IMG/VR virus record: IMGVR_UViG_3300031452_000016
Coordinates: 1-31,258 of that record
Direction: 5' to 3' (one strand)
Length of the DNA: 31,258 nucleotides
Source of the DNA: a virus
Lineage: Duplodnaviria; Caudoviricetes
Below the pieces are notes generated by a model. It was not told where the DNA came from, did no database searches, and saw only the letters and a program-made list of their open reading frames with translations. Shown here piece by piece: positions 1 to 8,373 of the stretch. Made by a program: the position numbers and the translations under genes. Numbering within the stretch: position 1 is the stretch's first letter; each line of letters opens with the position of its first letter.

Positions 1-127
1 GTCGTGGCCTGGTCCCGGTCGGTCGTGGCCTGGTCCCGGTCGGTCGTGGCCTGGTCCCGGTCGGTCGTGGCCTGGTCCCGGTCGGTCGTGGCCTGGTCCC
101 GGTCGGTCGTGGCCTGGTCCCGGTCGG
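1..127. repeat. Perfect 21-bp tandem repeat (GTCGTGGCCTGGTCCCGGTCG), 6 copies, running off the window edge
   Basis: Read directly: units start at 1, 22, 43, 64, 85 and 106, with no spacers. Encodes DRDQATT on the minus strand. Confidence 0.97.
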
Positions 128-209
128 CGTGGTGCCCGTGGCCGTCAGCCAAGTGCTCATCCACCTCCGCGGCCCAGTCGGCATCGGACGCCGGCATCGG
201 GTCAGTCAT
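1..209 (-). CDS. 5' part of a truncated gene (MTDPMPASDADWAAEVDEHLADGHGHHA-(DRDQATT)n); position suggests lysis cassette, possibly endolysin
   Basis: ATG at 209 with GAGGGAG upstream and an ATGA overlap with the preceding small ORF; frame is open to the edge. Function inferred from position only. Confidence 0.55.
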   Translation of the reverse strand, partial: MTDPMPASDADWAAEVDEHLADGHGHHADRDQATTDRDQATTDRDQATTDRDQATTDRDQATTDRDQAT

Positions 210-373
210 CGCATCTCTCCCTCGGGACTGTCGGCGGGGTCAGGGGCGGGGTAGCTGTCCTCAAGGCGGTCCGTCAGCTGCCCCAGCCGGCTGGTCAACC
301 CGTCGAGGCCGTCGAGGAGCTTGCGCATCTCGGGTGTGAGGGACCCGGCGAACAGCTCCGGACGGGCGGCCAT
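206..373 (-). CDS. Small hypothetical protein (55 aa, MAARPELFAGSLTPEMRKLLDGLDGLTSRL...)
   Basis: Hand-translated; coupled at both ends (TGATG at 373, ATGA at 209). Confidence 0.6.
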   Translation of the reverse strand: MAARPELFAGSLTPEMRKLLDGLDGLTSRLGQLTDRLEDSYPAPDPADSPEGEMR

Positions 374-738
374 CAGTGGAACCCACCAGCGGACGCGACC
401 GCGACGATCAGGCCGGCGCCGACGGTGACGGCACCACCGATGCCGATTCGGATCAGCGCTGTCCGGTTCTCTTTCACTGCCTTGTCCGCGGCTTCGGCGG
501 TCTTGTCGGCGGTGTCCATCCGGCGGGTCAGGTCCGTGGTCGTGACCCGGACCGCCTGCTCGGCCGCGAGAGCGACCCCCGTCGCGTTCGTGCGGTCCCG
601 GTCGTAGATCTCTTTCCGGACGTACGTGCCGTCGAGCGCCCCCAAGACGGTTTCGAATCGGCCGATGGTCTGGTCCAACCGGGCAGTGAGGGTCTCCAGG
701 ATGTAGCGCATGACTTCCGGGTCGGACGTTCCGGGCAT
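373..738 (-). CDS. Coiled-coil protein with C-terminal transmembrane helix (lysis-region membrane protein)
   Basis: ATG at 738 preceded by AAGGGAG; hydrophobic C-terminus IGIGGAVTVGAGLIVAVASAG; lies downstream of the tail genes. Confidence 0.7.
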   Translation of the reverse strand: MPGTSDPEVMRYILETLTARLDQTIGRFETVLGALDGTYVRKEIYDRDRTNATGVALAAEQAVRVTTTDLTRRMDTADKTAEAADKAVKENRTALIRIGIGGAVTVGAGLIVAVASAGGFH

Positions 739-755
739 CCGGGCTCCCTTCGGGC

Positions 756-2795
756 TCAGAACGCGAGGGCGGCAGCGAGGCTCGTGGGGCTCAGCAGGAG
801 CTGGACCTGCCACAGCCCGCCGAACGTCACGGTGTGCTGGATGTGCTCGACGTAGCAATCCATGCTGATCGTCGGGGCCAGGCGCTGGTTGACGTGGACC
901 CGCATCCCGCGTTCCAAGGTGAGGGCGGCGAGCCACGCGTTCGGGCACAGCACCGGATCCAGGGTAGTCGGGGTGAACGTCAGGACCCGGATGCGCTGGT
1001 GCGGGTGCTTGTAGGCAGCGAGCACCGCCGAGACCCGGTTCTGGACGGCGGTGTCGGTGGCGTAGGCGTTGAGGTTGGTGCTGATCGTGAGGGCGCGGGT
1101 GCCGTAGCAGCGCTGTGAGGTGAGGTCGGCGCGGTCCAGGGGGACGGTGATGTTCGGGCCGGTGACGCTGACGTCGTTGTAGATGTAGGTGGGGTCCAGG
1201 TCGGTGGCGAGGTCGTGCTCGACGGGGATCTCCCCGAGATCGACCCGTTCGCCGAAGGTGAACGCGACGGGGCCGGTGACGGTCCGGGCGTCGCGCTGGC
1301 GGAAGGTCAGGACCCCGGCGGCGTCGACGTAGAACGTGCCGAGTTCGTCCATGTCGGCGGTCGTGAGGATCGCGTCGAGGCACGAGCCGCCGCCCGGGAC
1401 GGCTGCGACGGTGGACAGGCCCCGGTCGATGGCGACTTTCGGGCTGGCGAGACCGGGCTGCTTGAAGTTGGTGTAGTCCAGCAGCCGTGAGATTCGGACG
1501 CCGGTGGTCTCCCCCGAAAAACCCGTCTTGCCGGCGTTGAACAGATCGGTGTGCCGCAAGCTGCCATTCGGGCCGGGCGTGGTGGGAATCGTAGTGTTCC
1601 GTAGAACGAGATGTGCCACAGTGCCGATGAAGTTGCTGAAATAGCCCGCTCCGACGTAGATGCTGATAATAGTAAGAATGCCGGGGGAGGCGCGTGGAGC
1701 GGTGTAGGGCGGCAGGTTGTCGACAAACGCGGTGTAGGTGCCGAACTCGACGTTGAGGCTAACGAGGTGCGACAGGCCGTCGTGAAGGTTCCCGGAGTTC
1801 GCGGCTGGCAGCGTCGTCGTAAGGCCACTGCCACCGTCCGTGATCTGCAAGCGCCCGGTAGAAGGGTCAATCGTAAATGAGAAAGCGATGGCACCGTTGC
1901 CATCGAGCAGACACATGGGGCTGCGCTGAAAGTCGGCGGTTGTTGTTGCCAGCCACAGGGAAGCGCTGATCCCGACCGTGGCGCTGACCCTCGGATAGCC
2001 ACCTGCCTGCAATGCGACGTTCGCGTAGGTAGCCCCATCGAGTTGTACGGCCTGCCCGCTGTCACCCTTGGGAACGATCGAGGCGACTGACGTGTAGCCG
2101 GTGCCGTTGTTGAACGTCAGCGGCGCGTTCCACGTCCCGGCGTCGGTCTTCGCGCTGTTGACGCTCGTACCGGGGCTGCCCGGGTTCGGAGCACTGACCG
2201 CGGCGAGCGTCCAGTAGTACAGCGGGTTGTCGGCCAGGATGGTGCCCTGCACCGCTGAGCGGTAGGTCGCCTGCGCGAGCAGGGTGAGGGCATCGACGCA
2301 CACCAGGTCGGACTGCCCGAACCTGCCGCCACGGGTCCACGCGTTCGGCCACCGCTCCACGAAGCCGGTGAACACGGGCCGGGTCGTGCCGTCTGGCATT
2401 GTCGCGAGGACCCGGAAGGGCCGCAGCGGCAAGATGTAGCCGTTGTACGGACTCGCCGCGTTAGCCGGGTCGAAGGCGCCGTCGCGGTTGTCCACCGGCA
2501 CCGTCAGCATGCCGGCCTGAGTCCGGCCGAGCTCGTACGGCGCGCCCCGGCCGGTCTGAAAGCCAGTCAGGACACGCCGGGTGAGGTTGATCGCCCCGGC
2601 CCAGTTGACCAGCGTGCCTTTGTCGTTCGGGTCGGAGTAGAGCGCGAGCTGATAGGTCAGGGTGGGCCACGCTGCACGGCCGGGCACGAACGGCTCGCCA
2701 CCCACCGCCTGCGCCGGGCCGGTGCAGGCACCGAGGCGCACCAGGCCCGGGCGGGACGCACCTGCACCGAGGCGGTCCCCGGCCAGGACGGCCAC
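756..2795 (-). CDS. Minor tail protein (hub/baseplate-like) with a central LamG/concanavalin-like segment
   Basis: 679-aa ORF after the tape measure gene; LDN/VDNRDGAFDP, FTGFVERWP, ILADNPLYYWTL and GTFYVDAAGVLTFRQR signatures seen in actinophage minor tail proteins. Confidence 0.8.
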   Translation of the reverse strand: MAVLAGDRLGAGASRPGLVRLGACTGPAQAVGGEPFVPGRAAWPTLTYQLALYSDPNDKGTLVNWAGAINLTRRVLTGFQTGRGAPYELGRTQAGMLTVPVDNRDGAFDPANAASPYNGYILPLRPFRVLATMPDGTTRPVFTGFVERWPNAWTRGGRFGQSDLVCVDALTLLAQATYRSAVQGTILADNPLYYWTLAAVSAPNPGSPGTSVNSAKTDAGTWNAPLTFNNGTGYTSVASIVPKGDSGQAVQLDGATYANVALQAGGYPRVSATVGISASLWLATTTADFQRSPMCLLDGNGAIAFSFTIDPSTGRLQITDGGSGLTTTLPAANSGNLHDGLSHLVSLNVEFGTYTAFVDNLPPYTAPRASPGILTIISIYVGAGYFSNFIGTVAHLVLRNTTIPTTPGPNGSLRHTDLFNAGKTGFSGETTGVRISRLLDYTNFKQPGLASPKVAIDRGLSTVAAVPGGGSCLDAILTTADMDELGTFYVDAAGVLTFRQRDARTVTGPVAFTFGERVDLGEIPVEHDLATDLDPTYIYNDVSVTGPNITVPLDRADLTSQRCYGTRALTISTNLNAYATDTAVQNRVSAVLAAYKHPHQRIRVLTFTPTTLDPVLCPNAWLAALTLERGMRVHVNQRLAPTISMDCYVEHIQHTVTFGGLWQVQLLLSPTSLAAALAF

Positions 2796-2796
2796 G

Positions 2797-3525
2797 TCAG
2801 TCGCTGACGCGGGTCACGGACATGAACGGGTTGGAGTACGTCACCGAGATGGAGACTGCGGTGGTGAGTGCCACGTACGCGGTGAGGGTGTCCCCGATCG
2901 CCAGCGGCACTTCCTCCGAGGCGTTGAGCGTGACCAAGGTGCCATCGATCCAGGCGTATCGGGGCGCGTTGGCGACGCCGTTCTTCGCCACCCATATCTG
3001 AGCGCTCTGGGTGGCACCTAGGAATAGACCGCCGACGCTCACCCGGTACAGACCGGCGCGCCGGACCGTCGCCACGCCGCCAGCGGCGCCCTCCATGCCG
3101 CCGGTGTCGTAGTCGAGCGCGTCCAACGTGAGGGCGAAGTTCCCGGTCGGAATGGCTTGCGCGGCGCTGGCGTGCCGGCGCCACCGGACCGGACCGACAA
3201 TGCTGTTCATCGCCCCGGCGGTCAGGTCGTGCGCGACCCGCGTCCCGACCGGCCACACCCCCGCCGGCAACGCCAGGGCGTCCTCAGCCTGCCGCACCAC
3301 GGTCAGGGTCGCAGTACGGGAGTCGGTGCACACGAACCGCTCCAGGACGTTGCCGGACGGGTCCAGGAACGAACCCCGCCACTGCGAGGGGACGGGCGTG
3401 GTCGGGTCCGCCGCCGGCAACCCCGCCGGGGTACTGACCGCCGCCGTAGTCGCTGACGCGGAACTGAGCGCCAACACCAACGTCGGGTCCTGCGCGGGGG
3501 CGTTCGCGAACACTTCGAGTGGCAC
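2797..3525 (-). CDS. Minor tail protein with probable C-terminal C1q/TNF-like jelly-roll domain
   Basis: Follows the tape measure gene; LTLDALDYDTGGM...TVRRAGLYRVS...LAIGDTL pattern resembles C1q-like domains. Confidence 0.65.
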   Translation of the reverse strand: MPLEVFANAPAQDPTLVLALSSASATTAAVSTPAGLPAADPTTPVPSQWRGSFLDPSGNVLERFVCTDSRTATLTVVRQAEDALALPAGVWPVGTRVAHDLTAGAMNSIVGPVRWRRHASAAQAIPTGNFALTLDALDYDTGGMEGAAGGVATVRRAGLYRVSVGGLFLGATQSAQIWVAKNGVANAPRYAWIDGTLVTLNASEEVPLAIGDTLTAYVALTTAVSISVTYSNPFMSVTRVSD

Positions 3526-3537
3526 AGCGCTCTCCTC

Positions 3538-6500
3538 CTATCGGGCGAACGCGGACCGGCCGTTACGCCCCTGGTACTGCAGCTCCTGCGTCTGCACCAC
3601 CGTGTGGATCTCTTTGCCGTCGACGTAGAAGTGGTTGTGGATGATCGGCGGCGCGTTCCTGCCACCCCCACCCGACCCAGCTGTGCTCTGCGGGATCCCG
3701 CCCATGCCGCCGCTGGGGGTCGCGCCGGACATGGCCGGCAGACCACCTACCGCCGCGGCTGCCATCCCCGCCGCCGCGTCCGCGATCATCCCGTGGGTGG
3801 AGGCGAGCCCGTTCGCGTAACCCTGCCCGGCGAAGCGGCCCATGTCGTGGAACAGCACCGAAGGGCTGTGCGAGACCTGCGCGGCCTGGACCGCCTGGAG
3901 AGCGGCCTGGGCGATGTTCGCACCCGCCATTGAGGCCTGCTGAATCATCCCCTGCATGCCGTTGACGTAGCCCTGGCCGGCGTTGGAACCCAGGGTGTCG
4001 AACCCACCGACGCTGGACACACCATCGCGCGCACCCGCCGCCAAGTTCTGGCCGGCCTGGTTCGCCAAACCCACGTGTGCCTGCACTCCATCGACGGCTC
4101 CCTGCGCCATCCGCTGCGAAACCGCGGACACCGGACCGACCCCGGACGCAAACCCGCTGGTCGCGGCCTGCGCCATGATCGTCGCTGCCTGCGCCGCAGG
4201 GATTCGGGCGTCGTGCAATACCTGCGGGAGTGTCTTGCCGTACTTGTCGGCGATCGCGAGATACGCCGGGAGCCGGTCCTCGATCCCGTGCTTCAGCGCC
4301 TGGCCGGTCAGGGCCGACTGGTAGGCGGTTTGCTTCGCCGCCGCATCCATCTTCTCTTTCATGCCGTCCCGAAGCCGGTCAATCGTGGACAGGGCGCCAT
4401 CCTTGAAGCCGCGGAACGCGTCGTCGGCGTGCTTGAGCTTATCGCCCAGTCCAGGCACCCAACTAAGCATCAGCCGGGCACCATGCAGGATCCCACCGGC
4501 GGTTTCCAGCCACGCCGTCAGCCACACACGAAACAGGCCCAGCCCCTGATAGACCATCCCGAAGAAACCTTGCTTGACCATATCAACGACGCCGATGACG
4601 ACGTCCCGGAACACCTCGGACTTCTGCCACGCAACGACGAAACCAGCAACGAGCAGAGCGACGGCGCCAACTATCGCCATGATGGTCAGGGTGACCGGGT
4701 TCGCGGCCAGCGTCACCAGCGCCACGTTCACCGCAACAATCCCACCGACCAAACCTATGGTCAGGGCAATAGCCAGGGCCTCAGCGACAGTCTTGTGCTT
4801 ACCGAGCCAATCCGCGGCAGACTTCACGACCTGCGTAACCTTGATCCAAGCGGGCATCAGTGCGGTCCCAAGTTGAATCGCAAGATCGACCAAGGACTGG
4901 CGAGCCCGGTCCGTCTGGATGTTAGAGAGCTTCAACGTCGCGTGCCAACCCTCGACATCCTTACCGCCGTCCTGCAGACTCTTACCGACCGCATTGACGC
5001 GGGTCTTCATGCCGCCGAGGTTCTCGCCACTGGCCTGCAGAATCGTGTTGAGACCGATGGCACCGCCGGCCATCTGCTTCAGGGCTGCGGTGTAGGTCTG
5101 CGCCGCAGGCGAGCCTGAGCGCAACAGGCTGTTGAAGCCATGGGCCTTGTTCTGCAAAACGGCAAACTGACCGGCAAGGGAAGCCTGATCAACCGGAAGC
5201 GCCTTCACTGCTTTGTGCCAGTCTCCGACGCTGATTGTGCCTTTCTGGTATTGCTGGGCGAGTGTGAGCAACGTCCCGTGCATCGTTCCCATCATGACGT
5301 TGACGTCCTGCGCCGCGCTCTTGCTCTGGTTGAACGCTGACGTCAGAACGAGCCCAGCCGGGCCCATGTGGCTCAGGATGGCGGTGGTCAGAAGCTCAAC
5401 GGTTCCCGTCAGCCCGCGCTTGCCGATGTTCTGCGACACGTCCGTCGCCGAGACCCCCATCCGGGCCATTGCCGCGATAGCCACGTTATTGGGGGCGACC
5501 AAACGGGAGATCGTCGCGGCCCACTCCTGGGTGGCCTCGGCCGCGCTCGTTCCGTGCTGAGTCAGGGTCGCGATTGCCCCGGCGACCTGCTCGAAACCGA
5601 TCTTGTTCGCCGACGCGATGGGGATGACGGTGGACAGCGCCGTCGCGTACTCCTCCATCGTCGTCTTGCTCTCACCAGCGGCGGTCTTCAGCGCGTTCAT
5701 CACCTGCACGGAACTACTGGCCCCGAGGTGGTAGGACGCCATCACCGACGTCATGGCGTTCGTGACCGCAGCCAGGTTCGCGTTCTCCTCCCGGGCGCCC
5801 TGCGACGCCGCGCTCATCACCTTCAGGGCGTCGGCGTCGCGGTACCCGGCCTTCTCCACGAGGTACATGCCTTCGGTGAGTTGCTTGAGTGGAGTGCCGG
5901 TGTCGGCGCTGATCGCCATCAGCCCGGAGCGGATGTGGCCGAGGGCCCCGGCGGATTCCCCGGCGGCGGTCACTAGAACACTGGTGTCTTTCTGGAAGTC
6001 CCCGGCGAGCTTCAGGCTTACGCCGATGAGGGCGACGACACCCAGCCCAGCCTTGTCCAGGCCGCCACGGACCTTCTCCAGCCCGGCCTTGTGCTTGTCG
6101 GCTGCCTCAACGGCCTGCCGGCCGGCCTGGAGCTGCGCGGCGCCTTCCCGTGCCGCAGCAGACGCCGCTCGGCCCGCGGCGGTGGTTTGGACGTTCATCG
6201 CCTCGGCGTTGCGGATCGCGGCGTCCCGCATCGCCTTCTCCGCCGCAGTCGCCTCACCCATCGCCAGGGCCTCCCGGCGGGCGGCGTCGGCGGTGGCCCG
6301 CATGTACGCGACCTGCTCGGCGTTCGCCCGATTGTTTGTCGCCACAGCGGCCGTCAACTCCCGCTGAGCGGCGGTCGCTTCCTTCACCGACGCGCCGCTC
6401 TTGAGCTGCTGCGCCTCCAACCGCTGCACCCCTACCGCCGCGGTCGAAGAAGCCTCACCGAGCCCAAGGGTGGCCTTCTCGGCCCGCTCAGCAGCCACGG

Positions 6501-6600
6501 CAGTGGCGTCACCGGACGCCGCGGCGCGTTCCATCGCGGTGGTGAACCCGGCAGTCTCACCGGACAGTCGGATAGCAAGGTCGGCGACGTCATCGGCCAC
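3538..6600 (-). CDS. Tail tape measure protein (TP901-type)
   Basis: 1020 aa, Ala/Gly-rich and helical, with hydrophobic transmembrane-like segments (ALTIGLVGGIVAVNVALV...) and a C-terminal SHSPS motif; longest gene in the tail module. Confidence 0.93.
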   Translation of the reverse strand: MADDVADLAIRLSGETAGFTTAMERAAASGDATAVAAERAEKATLGLGEASSTAAVGVQRLEAQQLKSGASVKEATAAQRELTAAVATNNRANAEQVAYMRATADAARREALAMGEATAAEKAMRDAAIRNAEAMNVQTTAAGRAASAAAREGAAQLQAGRQAVEAADKHKAGLEKVRGGLDKAGLGVVALIGVSLKLAGDFQKDTSVLVTAAGESAGALGHIRSGLMAISADTGTPLKQLTEGMYLVEKAGYRDADALKVMSAASQGAREENANLAAVTNAMTSVMASYHLGASSSVQVMNALKTAAGESKTTMEEYATALSTVIPIASANKIGFEQVAGAIATLTQHGTSAAEATQEWAATISRLVAPNNVAIAAMARMGVSATDVSQNIGKRGLTGTVELLTTAILSHMGPAGLVLTSAFNQSKSAAQDVNVMMGTMHGTLLTLAQQYQKGTISVGDWHKAVKALPVDQASLAGQFAVLQNKAHGFNSLLRSGSPAAQTYTAALKQMAGGAIGLNTILQASGENLGGMKTRVNAVGKSLQDGGKDVEGWHATLKLSNIQTDRARQSLVDLAIQLGTALMPAWIKVTQVVKSAADWLGKHKTVAEALAIALTIGLVGGIVAVNVALVTLAANPVTLTIMAIVGAVALLVAGFVVAWQKSEVFRDVVIGVVDMVKQGFFGMVYQGLGLFRVWLTAWLETAGGILHGARLMLSWVPGLGDKLKHADDAFRGFKDGALSTIDRLRDGMKEKMDAAAKQTAYQSALTGQALKHGIEDRLPAYLAIADKYGKTLPQVLHDARIPAAQAATIMAQAATSGFASGVGPVSAVSQRMAQGAVDGVQAHVGLANQAGQNLAAGARDGVSSVGGFDTLGSNAGQGYVNGMQGMIQQASMAGANIAQAALQAVQAAQVSHSPSVLFHDMGRFAGQGYANGLASTHGMIADAAAGMAAAAVGGLPAMSGATPSGGMGGIPQSTAGSGGGGRNAPPIIHNHFYVDGKEIHTVVQTQELQYQGRNGRSAFAR

Positions 6601-6615
6601 AGCAACCCCCTCGGC

Positions 6616-7029
6616 TCAACGGACACGGAACGCGGTGCGCATCGCGGTCTCAGCGATCGGGACGACGACGCCCTTGAGGAACTTCGCGGTCGGGAGCATG
6701 AACGCGTAGCCCTCGCCCTCGACCCACTTGCCGTACGGGGCTGAGCCGGCGACCCCGACCTTGGTCGTGAACACCGTCCCGGCCTGCACGACCGGTTCGT
6801 GGGTGACGCTGCGCACCAGGTTCCCGCTGATCCGGGCCGGCCCGGTCTCATACCGGGTCGCAGGTGTCTTCGTGCCCTTGCGGTGCGCCCCGACACTGGC
6901 GTTGATCTTGGCCTGGCGTTCCCCAGCGAGCGCCACGGCTGTCAACGCCTCCCGCATCCCAAGCTGGCCCCGTTCGGTGATCGCGGCAGTCACCCGGCGC
7001 ATCGCCGCGACACTCAAGTGCTCAGCCAC
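6616..7029 (-). CDS. HK97 gp10-like tail completion/neck protein (putative)
   Basis: GTG at 7029 with GGAGG upstream; ISGNLVRSV, APYGKWVE and YAFMLP resemble gp10-family motifs (TGxLxxSI, YAxxVE, PFLxP). Confidence 0.6.
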   Translation of the reverse strand: MAEHLSVAAMRRVTAAITERGQLGMREALTAVALAGERQAKINASVGAHRKGTKTPATRYETGPARISGNLVRSVTHEPVVQAGTVFTTKVGVAGSAPYGKWVEGEGYAFMLPTAKFLKGVVVPIAETAMRTAFRVR

Positions 7030-7386
7030 GACGCGCCTCCTGCTCAGCAACAGCTGCCCGTGCTTCGGCGAGGGTGTCCTGCGCCTCACGGCGGTCCTGG
7101 TCGGTCGGGGGGGCCGAGGCTTGCTGCCGCTCAGCCCGTTCCGCCTCGACCTCCCGCCGCACCATCAGCAACGCGAACCACAACCGGCGGATCGTCAGGG
7201 GGGTGTCCTGCAACTGCCCCCACGTCCACCGGAAGTGCTCGGCGAGCTCGAAGTCGGCGCCGGGACCGGACAGCGGGAACCCTGCGGGCACTCCTCGGCT
7301 GTCCAAGGCCCCGTCCGGGTCGAGTTCACCCGTCGCCCACTGCCGATACTCCCCGGCGATGGTTTCGACGGGGCTCAGGTAGGGTC
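7022..7386 (-). CDS. Tail assembly chaperone C-terminal extension (gpT-like), probably reached by -1 frameshift
   Basis: Open -1 frame overlapping the end of 7375..7746, with no good start of its own; LAEHFRWTWGQLQDTP resembles gpT-type sequence. Confidence 0.65.
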
Positions 7387-7746
7387 GGCGGCTGCCGTGA
7401 CCTGCTTCGCGATCCAGTTCGGGACGACGCCGGGCGCGAGGGCGAGGGTCTCGCCGCACGGCTCACCGAGGACGGCGGGGTCGTTGCTCATGTCGGTGAT
7501 GTCGTAGATCCGCCACGAGATGATGAAGCCGGCGAGCCAGGCGTTCATGATCCTGGTGCGTTCGTGCTTGTCCTTGACTTTGCTCAGGTCCCGGTTGGGG
7601 CTGAGGGCGTCGATGGGGAGCATCGACGGGTTCCGGATCTCGACGTACAGGCCGTCGGCGAGGTCATCGAAGTCGTGCCGCAGCGTGCGGTTGCCGTAGC
7701 CACCGGACGGCTTCGGCGCAGGGGTGGTGCTGTCAGGTTCGGTCAT
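7375..7746 (-). CDS. Tail assembly chaperone (gpG-like)
   Basis: ATG at 7746 with GGAG; lies between tail tube and tape measure genes; ends AAADPT*. Confidence 0.7.
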   Translation of the reverse strand: MTEPDSTTPAPKPSGGYGNRTLRHDFDDLADGLYVEIRNPSMLPIDALSPNRDLSKVKDKHERTRIMNAWLAGFIISWRIYDITDMSNDPAVLGEPCGETLALAPGVVPNWIAKQVTAAADPT

Positions 7747-7752
7747 GGCGGG

Positions 7753-7820
7753 TCTCCAGGGGTAAGTGGTGCTCTCACCCGCCCGCGCTGTCCCTGGAGA
7801 GCCAGACACGGACGGGTGAG
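7753..7820 (-). promoter_or_regulatory. Stem-loop whose loop is complementary to the chaperone ribosome-binding site (candidate pseudoknot)
   Basis: Outer arms at 7774-7785 and 7809-7820; loop sequence at 7792-7800 is an exact 9-nt complement of 7753-7761. Confidence 0.55.
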
Positions 7821-7833
7821 GCGTAACAGGGGG

Positions 7834-8373
7834 TCAGGCAGGGGTAGGCGGGGTGTAGGCCACCCACTCGGCGGACGCGCCGGTGTGGCCGGCGCCGGGG
7901 GTGTCGCCACTGAAGGTGTAGAGCGCCTCGCCGTTCGGGCCGGTCTCGGTGGCCTTGGGCCACGTGAGGCTGTCGACCGGGTCGTTGCCGACGTGGGTGT
8001 ACAGCGGCCGAGACGGTGCGGCGGGTGGGGTCGGTTCGGCAGAAGCGGCAGGCGCAGTCGGTGCCGCCGCTGGAGCCGGTGCCGGCGGGAGCGTGGGGGC
8101 TGGGGCGTCGGCCTGGAGCCGGGCGACCGCCGCGTCCAGGCCGGTGAAGTTCAGGCTCGTCGCGGCCGGCTGAGCCTTCAGCGCCGCGATCTCCACCTCG
8201 ACGTTCCCCAGCCCAGCGAGCAGTGCCTTCACGTCGGTGTCGAGCTTGTCCTGATCGGCCATGATGCGTGTCTCCATCCGGTTGAAGCGGTTGAGAAGTT
8301 CCTGCGCCCAGGCAGGCGCAGGGTCGTTGTCGGGGAGCAGGACCACGAACTCGTCGGGGCGGTCGTCGTCCAT
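7834..8373 (-). CDS. Hypothetical protein: coiled coil, Pro/Ala linker and small C-terminal domain
   Basis: ATG overlaps the tail tube stop (TGATG at 8373); 179 aa. Confidence 0.7.
   Translation of the reverse strand: MDDDRPDEFVVLLPDNDPAPAWAQELLNRFNRMETRIMADQDKLDTDVKALLAGLGNVEVEIAALKAQPAATSLNFTGLDAAVARLQADAPAPTLPPAPAPAAAPTAPAASAEPTPPAAPSRPLYTHVGNDPVDSLTWPKATETGPNGEALYTFSGDTPGAGHTGASAEWVAYTPPTPA

Noticed and set aside
1-127. CRISPR array
   Set aside because: Units are contiguous with no spacers, and no cas genes are present.
4-339. Plus-strand ORF with VVAWSRS repeats
   Set aside because: Antisense shadow of the coupled minus-strand genes.
739-1383. N-terminal extension of the 373..1383 ORF
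   Set aside because: Arg/Pro/His-rich off-frame read of the minor tail gene; the ribosome-binding site supports a start at 738.
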